This document shows, piece by piece, positions 55,424 to 63,238 of a stretch of DNA of 64,000 nt. Each line of letters opens with the position of its first letter. The stretch's first letter is position 1. The notes below the pieces were generated by a model, which saw nothing but the letters and a program-made list of their open reading frames with translations, was not told where the DNA came from and did no database searches. This stretch comes from Escherichia coli. GTDB lineage: Bacteria; Pseudomonadota; Gammaproteobacteria; Enterobacterales; Enterobacteriaceae. A program made the translations under genes and the position numbers. Location: assembly GCF_013122565.1 (NCBI RefSeq), contig NZ_CP053258.1. One strand, 5' to 3'.

Positions 55424-57424
55424 TCATCCTTTTTGCTGAAGCATGGGGAATAATTGTTCGCACAGCAAAACACCGTTATTCATTGCTTCTACCCGTGCCT
55501 CGCTTTCTGTATTACGAAATTGTCCCAACACATGTGCCAGCCGATAAAAAACCACCGCGGTGAGGTCATTCGCCAGCAACTCTGCCTGACCAATAGCACT
55601 CTGTTCCTGATAGCGCCAGCCGTTATGGAGCAGTTGAATAAGTAACGCCTGGCAGCGCATCAGCAACTGATGAGCAGTAGACGGCACAGGCAGAACGCTG
55701 GCAGAAGGTAGCGGTGCCACAGGCGCAGTTTCTGCGTCCAGCGCCCAGGCGCGGGTTTTTGTCATCATTACCCGTGGTTCCAGTGTCAATTGCCCATCAA
55801 CAAAACTGACAAAGCCAGAAACCAGACACACGGGGTCCTCTGTTTGTTGCAAAAGCGCCGCCATGCGTTCAACGGCATAAGGCGCGCTGGCTGAGGCTGG
55901 TAGGGATAACGTCAGCACATTATCTTCCCCTTCGCCGCTAATGACCTGCGCATCCAGTGTCTGGCGGCTGCTATCCCAACCAAGCGAAATACACTCCGCT
56001 ACCGGCAGAATAAATAAGTTATCGACCTGGTTGAGTGGTCGTATGCAGGCGGGGGGACGCTGGCGTAAATATTCCCGCAAAGCCACAATGCCCGGCTGGC
56101 GCAACGGCGCGCTCAACATTTGCCAGGCGTCTGGCGACAACGGCACAACGCTGCTTAAGCGGTTGCGGGTAGCTAACAGCAGCTCGCCATCGGCACTGCG
56201 TTTTGCTGCTTGTGAAACAATTTGCCCACCTGCCAGTGCGCCAGCCTGAAAACTAAACAGCCGACGTTTTGCCGCGGGAGCGTTTTCTTGTTCGCTTCTC
56301 GGCCAACTACGCGAAAGATGCAAAATACTGCCGGTGTCGGGATCGGTGAACCAGATGCGTAAACCATACTGCTCAATATCCTGCCAGCAACGCATACCTA
56401 AAGACACCAGCCGCAGATGATCAAGCTTTGCTTCTCCGGCAATGCCAGCGCCAACGACCGTGCGCCACGGCACAGGAGGAACTTCACCGATACTGTCGCG
56501 CCGGGCCATCTCTTGTGCGCAATTTAATCGACTGTTTAATGCCGCAAGCTGACGTAAGCATTCTCCGGCATGATAGTGGCTGGCGCGGGCGTGGAAGGCA
56601 TCAACGCTGGCGCGCAGTTGCCGTAGCGATTCACTCACCCATCGCCAGTTGCAGCGTTCCGCCGCCTGCTGTGCGCGGCTGAAAGCGGCCTCGTAATGGA
56701 TTGGCGGCTGGCTGATGCCGCCCAGCCATAATGCCTGACTTAATTGCTGAACATATTGACGACACGCGTTGCCCTCTTCGCTGGCAAACGGATCGTCAGA
56801 TGATGTGACGTGTTCGCTGCGCATCTGCCAGATTAAATGAGTAAATTCCGCTTGCTGAGTTTTTGCCTCGACGAAGGCCTGCACAGCCAGTACGACATGT
56901 TCGCAAAGTGTGCCGTCAATACAATCACAACGGGCGAAACGAATACTGCTGCGGGAATAAAAACGCACATCGCTCATCGGTAAGCGGGCAGAGGGAATTT
57001 CGCCCGGCGTACAGAACAACTCAATGGTGATGCCTTTAGCGACCAACGCCTGTGCGCGTTTGCGGGTGGCATCGGGAAGGGTAGCCAGTTCTTCCAGCCA
57101 GATTGCCGGATCCCACTCTTCTTCTTTTTCCGTGGGCTGAACGGTGGCACAAAGTCGTTGATAACTTAACACCAGCATAACGCGATGACGGCACATGCCG
57201 CTGGCCCCGCAGGTGCACTGAGCCTCTTTCAGTGCCTGACCGTTCGCCAGCTGGGTACGGACACCGTCACTGAAGGTGGCGATTAAAGCGCCGTTCTCAT
57301 GGCTGATTTCCGGGACGTTGCCATTTTCCAGTTCCTTAAGGCTGCGCTTAACAAAACCGGCATTGCTTAACGCCGTCAGTGCCTGCGGTGTCAGTTCTAA
57401 TAATTCCGGGCGTAGTGAATTCAT
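55424..57424 (-). CDS. yehQ: SWIM zinc-finger protein YehQ
   Basis: ORF-track 55424..57448; start placed at the ATG at 57424, which forms an ATGA overlap with the yehP stop; contains CxC...CxH SWIM-type motifs (CTCGASGMCRHRV; CDCIDGTLCEHVV). Confidence 0.8.
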   Translation of the reverse strand: MNSLRPELLELTPQALTALSNAGFVKRSLKELENGNVPEISHENGALIATFSDGVRTQLANGQALKEAQCTCGASGMCRHRVMLVLSYQRLCATVQPTEKEEEWDPAIWLEELATLPDATRKRAQALVAKGITIELFCTPGEIPSARLPMSDVRFYSRSSIRFARCDCIDGTLCEHVVLAVQAFVEAKTQQAEFTHLIWQMRSEHVTSSDDPFASEEGNACRQYVQQLSQALWLGGISQPPIHYEAAFSRAQQAAERCNWRWVSESLRQLRASVDAFHARASHYHAGECLRQLAALNSRLNCAQEMARRDSIGEVPPVPWRTVVGAGIAGEAKLDHLRLVSLGMRCWQDIEQYGLRIWFTDPDTGSILHLSRSWPRSEQENAPAAKRRLFSFQAGALAGGQIVSQAAKRSADGELLLATRNRLSSVVPLSPDAWQMLSAPLRQPGIVALREYLRQRPPACIRPLNQVDNLFILPVAECISLGWDSSRQTLDAQVISGEGEDNVLTLSLPASASAPYAVERMAALLQQTEDPVCLVSGFVSFVDGQLTLEPRVMMTKTRAWALDAETAPVAPLPSASVLPVPSTAHQLLMRCQALLIQLLHNGWRYQEQSAIGQAELLANDLTAVVFYRLAHVLGQFRNTESEARVEAMNNGVLLCEQLFPMLQQKG

Positions 57425-58557
57425 GACTGAAGATTCTCCGCAAGCCATGATGCCAGCTCGCCCGGTGTCATGGCGGCTATTTGTGCGCCGATATTAACCA
57501 GCGCCTGGGCCGTATCGTGGTCATAGCAGGGTGTTGCGTTGCTATCGAGCGCCGCCAGTCCCAGCACTTTGATGCCGCTCTGGACACACTTTTTCACCTG
57601 ATGCGTCAGCAATGATGATGAACCCCCTTCGTAAAAATCGCTCACGAGGATAATGACGCTTTTTGCTGGTTGTTCAATAAGTTGCCGACCATACTCCACG
57701 GCACTGGCGATATTGGTCCCGCCACCCAACTGTACTTTCATTAATAACTCTACCGGATCGGCAACGTCTGCCGTGAGATCAACGACGCTTGTGTCAAACG
57801 CCACCAGATGGGTACGAATGCCGGGTAACTGCCACAAACAGGCCGCCATCACCGCAGAGTGGATCACCGAATCGACCATCGAGCCGCTTTGATCAACCAG
57901 TAAGACCAGTTGCCATTGTTCGCTTTGGCGTTTAATGCGGCTGTTAAAGCGGGGGGATTCGATATACAACTTGCCGTGTTGCGGGTGCCAGTGTTGCAGG
58001 TTGGCGCGCAGAGTACTTTTGAAATCAAAGTTTCGCGCCAGTGGAATAAATGAGCGGCGACGGCGATCGCGGACACCAGAAAAAGCCTGACGAACCTCCT
58101 TTGCCAGTTGTGCCATAATTTCTTCCACAACCTGGCGCACTATCCGGCGGGCGGCAGCCAGTACTTCGGGATTCATCAGATGTTTGGTGTGCAAAACGGC
58201 GCGTAGCAGGCTTTCAGAAGGCTGCATACGTTCCAGCACGTCGAGATTTGTCACCACATCTTCAATGCCGTAGCGCAGTACGGCATCGCTTTCCAGCCGC
58301 TCAATCACCTGTTGCGGAAACAGCGTGTGAATACTGTTGATCCACTCAGGAGTGGTGAGATTTGAGCCACCTAATCCACCGGAGCGTTCACCACGCTGGA
58401 GCCGTTCAGGATCGCGCCCATACAGCCACTCCAGCGCGTGGTCTATCTGCCGGGCGTTGTCATCCAGCCCACAAAGCGTCGTTTCTGCCGCTTCGCCAAG
58501 AATTAATCGCCAGCGTTGTAGTTCACGGGTGGTCAGAAGATCGTTCAGTTCAGACAT
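57421..58557 (-). CDS. yehP: von Willebrand factor A (VWA) domain protein YehP
   Basis: ORF-track 57421..58785; internal ATG at 58557 gives 378-aa MSELNDLLTTRELQRW...; MIDAS motif LVLLVDQSGSM. Confidence 0.88.
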   Translation of the reverse strand: MSELNDLLTTRELQRWRLILGEAAETTLCGLDDNARQIDHALEWLYGRDPERLQRGERSGGLGGSNLTTPEWINSIHTLFPQQVIERLESDAVLRYGIEDVVTNLDVLERMQPSESLLRAVLHTKHLMNPEVLAAARRIVRQVVEEIMAQLAKEVRQAFSGVRDRRRRSFIPLARNFDFKSTLRANLQHWHPQHGKLYIESPRFNSRIKRQSEQWQLVLLVDQSGSMVDSVIHSAVMAACLWQLPGIRTHLVAFDTSVVDLTADVADPVELLMKVQLGGGTNIASAVEYGRQLIEQPAKSVIILVSDFYEGGSSSLLTHQVKKCVQSGIKVLGLAALDSNATPCYDHDTAQALVNIGAQIAAMTPGELASWLAENLQS

Positions 58558-60829
58558 GGAAAACTCCCCAGTGTTGCAGCGATGCCAGTGCCTGCTGTTC
58601 GAGTTGTTGATGATGTGCAATGGCTTGTGGTGGACAATGCAACGGCATTTGCAGAGCCGAAACGGGAAGTTGCGCCAGTTGATAATGTTCAAGCACCTGA
58701 TGCGCCAGCGTCCCGCGTTCTCGTGGCGGTAGCCAGGCCATCGCCGCGCGTAAATCGGGCAGGGCATTGATAAAATCGGCATCACTTAGTTGATTTAAAT
58801 GACTGCTGAAACCGGCGATAAATGCCGGCTGACAAGCCAGTTGATGACGGGCTAATGCCAGCAAACCGTGCAGCGCCTCGCCGGATTGGGCCGGGGATAA
58901 CTGCGTCAGCATTGTCAGCGCCGCTTCGGCACTAGCGTTGGGATGTTCCAGACGCATCAGTGCGCCAAGAGTCGCGCCGCGATCCAGCGCCGGGGCATGA
59001 ATCGCCTGACTGCGGCGCTCCAGTAAGGCTACCGCCGCAGAAAGCGAAACGCCGGATAAGTTAACGCCGCTATGTAGATCGCGCAGGATATGGCAAAGCG
59101 CTTGCCAGCTATGCAGGTGAGCGTGAAACTCCTTTTCATCCGGTCTGCCGTTGGATTCACACAGCCACAGCGTGCGATCGATAGCCGCGCATAACGTCGT
59201 TTGTAATATCTGCGCGCCTTGCATACCGCTAATTTCATCCAGCCGCCATAAGGCATATAGCACTTCCAGCGCCTGGCCCATTTCGGCAAATTGATTTTCC
59301 TGGGCGATTAATAATGTGAGTTGTTCCAGTAATTGCTCACTAAAGCTCGCCAGGCCCGCTAACGCCGCCTGGCTAAGACATGCGGTAATGCTGCCGATTC
59401 CACCCGCGTCCAGCATATCGGCTTCTAATTTATTGCGTGCGGCTTCCTGGAGTGTTGCACCAAAGCAGGCGGCCTCAATCAATGCCGCATGCTGGCTAAG
59501 CGGGCGGGTTAATTTCCAGCGTTCTTCACCGTTGCCTGCAAGTGTCAGTGTACTTCCCTGCTGGCGTACAATCCCTGGGATCTCCAGTATTGCCAGCCGA
59601 TGTAACACCTGACTTTGCGCTAGTCCATTGGGGTTAAAGCGATTTAAGGTAAGCTGCGCCGGAAGAGAGATTCCGGTACGTTCCAGTTCGCAGGTGACAT
59701 CTTTTGGCAGAGGCGGTTGTGGCGTGGAGGGGGCAAGTTTACCGAATCCGTCACCCGCTAATGTGTCTATCAACGTTAGCAGAATCGGATCGGTATCGGG
59801 ATGAATAACTCCGCGATAGCTCCACGGCAACGGCGCGTTCAAGGCTTCTTTAATCAGCGAGCCTGCTATGGCATCCAGCCAGTCAGTGCGTAACGGTAGT
59901 GTATGACCGCGCAACTGTGCCAGCGCCATCACATGCAGATGAGCGGCAGCCATATCAGCGGTAGAAGCGGGCAATTTGTGCTGGCGCAAACGGGCAAGGA
60001 TAGTTTTTAGCAGTTGTTCACCGGCCTGCTGTAAGCCCCACTGCCAGCACCAGTTTTGCCAGACCGGGGCAGGCATACCGGAAAGGTATCCAGCCAGCAC
60101 ATCAAGGCGCTTTTCACTGTAGGGGGTGAGATAACAACCTGTAACGGCATCTGCCAGCGACGGCAATTCTGGCGTGTTAATTTCCTGCGGACATTCGCGC
60201 CACATTTTTGCCAGTGCCGGAGCGTGCCAGCCACCGCAGACAACTAACACGTCGCCATTATTTTGCTGCATCGCCCATCCAATCCAGCGGGCCATAAAGG
60301 CTTCGCGCTGACGATTGAGTGCATCGCCGAGGAAATCGCCCCGCAGTTGGGCAAAATAGTGCGCCAGTGCAGAGGGTAATGCAGTTCGCTGGCTTTCATC
60401 TTCGAACAAGTGATCCCACAGGGTATCGCTGTTATCCATGCGGGTGGCACGCAGCAGCAAGGTCTGGCTTTCCTCTTGCGTATCAGGCGAATCGTCCTCT
60501 TCTTCACTCTGTGCCCAGCAAGGCAAATCGATGAAGTAAGTTTGTGCCTGAATACGACGAGCGGCTTGTAGCGCCTGCCACTCCGGCGAAAATTCAGCAA
60601 ATGGCGTCCAGGCACCACGCCCGGGGGCTGCACCGTCCTGATACTGGCAATAACTGTAAATAGCTACCGGAAGCTGGTGGGCTAAAAACAGTTCGTCTAC
60701 CCGGTCATTAAAATCAGCCGGGCCTTCAATCAACACGTATCGTGGCCGCTGGCTTTCGATTAACGATTTCACCAGCCGGGCGCAGGCCGGACTATGATGC
60801 CGGATGCCGACAATTAACAGCTCGCTCAT
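58550..60829 (-). CDS. yehM: Large uncharacterised protein YehM
   Basis: ORF-track 58550..60997; internal ATG at 60829 gives 759-aa MSELLIVGIRHHSPACARLV... Confidence 0.85.
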   Translation of the reverse strand: MSELLIVGIRHHSPACARLVKSLIESQRPRYVLIEGPADFNDRVDELFLAHQLPVAIYSYCQYQDGAAPGRGAWTPFAEFSPEWQALQAARRIQAQTYFIDLPCWAQSEEEDDSPDTQEESQTLLLRATRMDNSDTLWDHLFEDESQRTALPSALAHYFAQLRGDFLGDALNRQREAFMARWIGWAMQQNNGDVLVVCGGWHAPALAKMWRECPQEINTPELPSLADAVTGCYLTPYSEKRLDVLAGYLSGMPAPVWQNWCWQWGLQQAGEQLLKTILARLRQHKLPASTADMAAAHLHVMALAQLRGHTLPLRTDWLDAIAGSLIKEALNAPLPWSYRGVIHPDTDPILLTLIDTLAGDGFGKLAPSTPQPPLPKDVTCELERTGISLPAQLTLNRFNPNGLAQSQVLHRLAILEIPGIVRQQGSTLTLAGNGEERWKLTRPLSQHAALIEAACFGATLQEAARNKLEADMLDAGGIGSITACLSQAALAGLASFSEQLLEQLTLLIAQENQFAEMGQALEVLYALWRLDEISGMQGAQILQTTLCAAIDRTLWLCESNGRPDEKEFHAHLHSWQALCHILRDLHSGVNLSGVSLSAAVALLERRSQAIHAPALDRGATLGALMRLEHPNASAEAALTMLTQLSPAQSGEALHGLLALARHQLACQPAFIAGFSSHLNQLSDADFINALPDLRAAMAWLPPRERGTLAHQVLEHYQLAQLPVSALQMPLHCPPQAIAHHQQLEQQALASLQHWGVFHV

Positions 60830-60839
60830 GCATCTTTCC

Positions 60840-61928
60840 TCACGGCAGGCGGTGGCGGGCTTGATAATAAGCCTGCCAGTGAGCTTCTTTATGTGTGGCG
60901 ACTCGCTGTTCGAAGTAACGGCGCAGACGAGCGCGATCTTCTTCGTTATCTTTGACGATGGTTCCGGCAATACAGTCCACCAGATCGGCTGGCTCACCTG
61001 CGCGATTCGCTAAAAACCAGGCGCGGACGCCCACAGCGTGGGCCACGTTCACGGCTTCAGCGGTGGACATAATCGCTGTTAGTGTATCCATTGACGTTTT
61101 CTTTTCGCCGTTGGCACGCAGATCGCGGAAGGTGCGGACCAGTAACTCCAGTACCGCGTCAGGCACTTTATGCGGAATACCGCTATGGGCCAGCAAACGC
61201 GCCGAAGCACTGGCGACCAGTTCCAGCTCCTGAGCGAAATCCATAATCGGAAAGACAGTTTCAAAATCGAAGCGACGCTTTAGCGCAGCACTCATCTCAT
61301 TGACGCCGCGATCGCGCGTATTGGCAGTGGCAATAATATTAAAGCCTTCCCGCGCATAGAGTTGACTGGCTTCACCAGTGAGTTCCGGCACCGTCATCAC
61401 CCTGTCAGAAAGCATACCTAACAGACAGTCTTGCACTTCCAGCGGTGTACGCGTTATCTCTTCAAAACGGACGATTTTGCCGTCGCGCATTCCCTGGTAA
61501 AGCGGGGCAGGGACCAGCGCTTCCGTTGATGGACCATGATTGATAAGCAGAGCGTAGTTCCAGCCGTACTTGATTTGATCTTCAGTGGTAGATGCGCCGC
61601 CCTGGATGGTTAACCCGGCATCGCCGCTAATAGCGGTTGCCAGTAATTCAGACAGGAGAGATTTTGCGGTGCCCGGTTCCCCCACCAACATCAAACCGCG
61701 CCCGGTGGCAAGAGTGACTAACATACGTTCGACAGCAGAGGGACTAATCACGACTTTACGGCTAATATTTTGCGCGCTATCGCCAAGGATAAAAGCACGT
61801 GCCGCAGGCAAACTTAACTGCCAACCGGGCGGGCAAGGTGCGTTATCATTTTGTTTTAATTTTGCCAGTTCATCGGCGTATAACACAGCGGCAGGCGGAC
61901 GCTGCAGATGATTATTCTGCGGTGACAT
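60840..61928 (-). CDS. yehL: MoxR-like AAA+ ATPase YehL
   Basis: ORF-track 60840..61994; internal ATG at 61928 gives 362-aa MSPQNNHLQRPPAAVLYADEL...; Walker A GEPGTAKS. Confidence 0.88.
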   Translation of the reverse strand: MSPQNNHLQRPPAAVLYADELAKLKQNDNAPCPPGWQLSLPAARAFILGDSAQNISRKVVISPSAVERMLVTLATGRGLMLVGEPGTAKSLLSELLATAISGDAGLTIQGGASTTEDQIKYGWNYALLINHGPSTEALVPAPLYQGMRDGKIVRFEEITRTPLEVQDCLLGMLSDRVMTVPELTGEASQLYAREGFNIIATANTRDRGVNEMSAALKRRFDFETVFPIMDFAQELELVASASARLLAHSGIPHKVPDAVLELLVRTFRDLRANGEKKTSMDTLTAIMSTAEAVNVAHAVGVRAWFLANRAGEPADLVDCIAGTIVKDNEEDRARLRRYFEQRVATHKEAHWQAYYQARHRLP

Positions 61929-62037
61929 ATATTCATCCCTGAAATGTATTAATGAAATAAACGATATTTTACGCGCAATAAATGTTTGGTGCATTAGTTG
62001 TTTGAGCGAAAAATATCTGGAAAGCAGATCACAGTAA

Positions 62038-62120
62038 ATAAAAAAACCTGCTGGTGAGGCAGGTTCTTTTATTTACTACAGTGACGCTAACTTGCTGATT
62101 GTGCAACATTTCGTACCAAC
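62038..62120 (-). ncRNA. orzO: OrzO-like type I antitoxin sRNA (about 83 nt)
   Basis: Minus-strand promoter (-35 TTGCAA at 62150-55, 17-bp spacer, -10 TATAAT as reverse complement of 62127-32); 5' region complementary to the zorO 5' UTR; ends at hairpin aacctgc-tggtgag-gcaggtt (62045-62065) followed on the minus strand by TTTTTTT. Confidence 0.7.
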
Positions 62121-62126
62121 GAATAA

Positions 62127-62177
62127 ATTATAACCATATCCACACTCCATTGCAATTCAGTGAGTGAGATTTATAAT
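62127..62177. promoter_or_regulatory. Overlapping divergent promoters of orzO (-) and zorO (+) sharing one -35 hexamer
   Basis: Palindromic TTGCAA (62150-55) serves as -35 for +strand -10 TATAAT (62172-77, 16-bp spacer) and -strand -10 TATAAT (62127-32, 17-bp spacer). Confidence 0.65.
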
Positions 62178-62358
62178 CCTGCCCGTTGGGAGGTTGTGCC
62201 GGATCGGACCAATTTTAAGTCCTGGCTGCCGGACGGGTGGTGCCGCAGGCGGTGCCCTGATCCGGAGAGCAACGTTTCGTACCAACATACGTAAACCAGT
62301 ATCGACAGGCAGTGTAAGGGTAAGGTGCTGGTGTTGCGCTCCTTAATAAGGAGAGCGG

Positions 62359-62448
62359 ATGGACACGCTGACACAAAAGTTAACCGTGCTCATTGCCGTA
62401 CTGGAGTTATTAGTGGCTCTGTTACGGTTGATTGATTTGTTGAAGTAA
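62359..62448 (+). CDS. zorO: Type I toxin ZorO (29-aa hydrophobic peptide)
   Basis: Hand translation MDTLTQKLTVLIAVLELLVALLRLIDLLK*; strong SD aaggag 5 nt upstream; about 174-nt 5' UTR from the predicted TSS; matches my recollection of ZorO from E. coli O157:H7. Confidence 0.85.
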   Translation: MDTLTQKLTVLIAVLELLVALLRLIDLLK

Positions 62449-62469
62449 CGGGCAAATTGAAACGCATCT

Positions 62470-62496
62470 AAGGGGGAATACCGTTTCCCCCTTTAA
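62470..62496 (+). terminator. Terminator hairpin after zorO
   Basis: Stem aagggggaa / ttccccctt with 6-nt loop, short T tail. Confidence 0.55.
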
Positions 62497-62645
62497 TAAA
62501 ATGATTACATCTTCCATTAATTCACCCGATAACTTTTTTCATATTTATAAATTCATCGATTTTATAATCAACGTACTATTTGGCCGGGATGTGAATAATC
62601 ATGGTGGGCTATTGGCGAAAAATATCTGGAAAGTAGATCGCAGAA

Positions 62646-62729
62646 AATAAAAGAACCTGCTGGTGAGGCAGGTTCTTTTATTTACTACTTTGATGTTAAG
62701 TTACTGATAGTGCAACATGGCATCTCAAC
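62646..62729 (-). ncRNA. orzP: OrzP-like type I antitoxin sRNA
   Basis: Same architecture as orzO: -35 TTGCAA 62759-64, -10 reverse complement of 62736-41, hairpin 62654-62674 plus T-run on the minus strand. Confidence 0.65.
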
Positions 62730-62735
62730 GAACGA

Positions 62736-62786
62736 ATTATAACCACCTCGGGGCCGTGTTGCAATTAAGATAATGAGATTTATAAT
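62736..62786. promoter_or_regulatory. Overlapping divergent promoters of orzP (-) and zorP (+)
   Basis: Shared TTGCAA (62759-64); +strand TATAAT 62781-86; -strand TATAAT reverse complement of 62736-41. Confidence 0.6.
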
Positions 62787-62967
62787 CCTGACTGTTGGGA
62801 AGTTGCGCCGGATCGAACCCATTTCAAGTCCTGGCTACCGGACGGGTGGTGCCGCAGGTAGTGCTCTGATCCGGAGTGCAACATGGCGACTCAACATACG
62901 TAAACCAGTATCGACAGGCAGTGTAAGGGTAAGGTGCTGGTGTTGCGCTCCTTAATAAGGAGAGCGG

Positions 62968-63057
62968 ATGGACACGCTGACAAAAAAGTTAACCGTGCTC
63001 ATTGCCGTACTGGAGTTATTAGTGGCTCTGTTACGGTTGATTGATTTGTTGAAGTAA
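62968..63057 (+). CDS. zorP: Type I toxin ZorP (29 aa; one substitution, Q6K, relative to the upstream copy)
   Basis: Hand translation MDTLTKKLTVLIAVLELLVALLRLIDLLK*; identical SD and context to zorO. Confidence 0.85.
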   Translation: MDTLTKKLTVLIAVLELLVALLRLIDLLK

Positions 63058-63078
63058 CGGGCAAATTGAAACGCATCT

Positions 63079-63105
63079 AAGGGGGAATACCGTTTCCCCC
63101 TTTAA
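63079..63105 (+). terminator. Terminator hairpin after zorP
   Basis: Same aagggggaa / ttccccctt hairpin as after zorO. Confidence 0.55.
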
Positions 63106-63110
63106 TAAAG

Positions 63111-63238
63111 CTATACTCGTCATACTTCAAGTTGCATGTGCTGCGACTGCGTTCGTTCACCCCGGTCACTTACTTTAGTAAGCTCCTGGGAATTCACTCG
63201 CTTATCGCCTTCCTGCAACTTGAATTATTTAGAGTATA
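63111..63238. repeat. ERIC (IRU) enterobacterial repetitive intergenic consensus element
   Basis: Reverse complement of 63150-63198 reads gtgaattcccaggagcttactaaagtaagtgaccggggtgaacgaac, matching the ERIC core GTGAATCCCCAGGAGCTTACATAAGTAAGTGACTGGGGTGAGCG; terminal inverted repeats ctatactcgtcatacttcaagttgca / tgcaacttgaat...agagtata. Confidence 0.85.

Larger units (their letters stand above)
62006..62500. repeat. Tandem repeat unit 1 of the zor-orz locus (about 495 bp)
   Basis: From gcgaaaaatatctggaaag to cgtttccccctttaataaa; repeated with about 610-bp period at 62616..63109. Confidence 0.9.
62616..63109. repeat. Tandem repeat unit 2 of the zor-orz locus
   Basis: Second copy of the unit; 3' UTR-proximal part and toxin ORF nearly identical to unit 1, sRNA/target region diverged. 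Confidence 0.9.

Noticed and set aside
35891-60997. N-terminally extended starts given by the ORF track for dusC (35891), yohF (39079), dld (44371), bglX (44462), btsS (51864), yehQ (57448), yehP (58785), yehM (60997), yehL (61994), yeiL (7039), the dehydratase (20003) and others
   Set aside because: These begin at TTG/GTG or at upstream in-frame codons without an RBS; internal ATG codons with Shine-Dalgarno sequences reproduce the known protein N-termini and were used instead.
62164-62374. 60- to 67-aa ORFs in repeat unit 1 (62164..62346 +, 62171..62374 -) and the equivalent 62773..62955 + in unit 2
   Set aside because: They span the structured 5' UTR of the zor toxin mRNA, start at non-ATG codons, lack an RBS and are Arg/Gly/Cys-rich. 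The real coding sequence is the 29-aa toxin downstream.
62359-62448. Assignment of the 29-aa peptides to other type I toxin families (TisB, Ldr, Ibs, ShoB, Hok, DinQ)
   Set aside because: Length and sequence do not match my recollection of those families; the sequence matches ZorO and the locus has the divergent-sRNA architecture of zor-orz.
62006-63109. Possibility that the 62-63 kb repeats are a CRISPR array or an IS element
   Set aside because: Period is about 610 bp with only two units and each unit encodes a promoter, ORF and terminator; no short repeat-spacer structure, no cas genes, no transposase.
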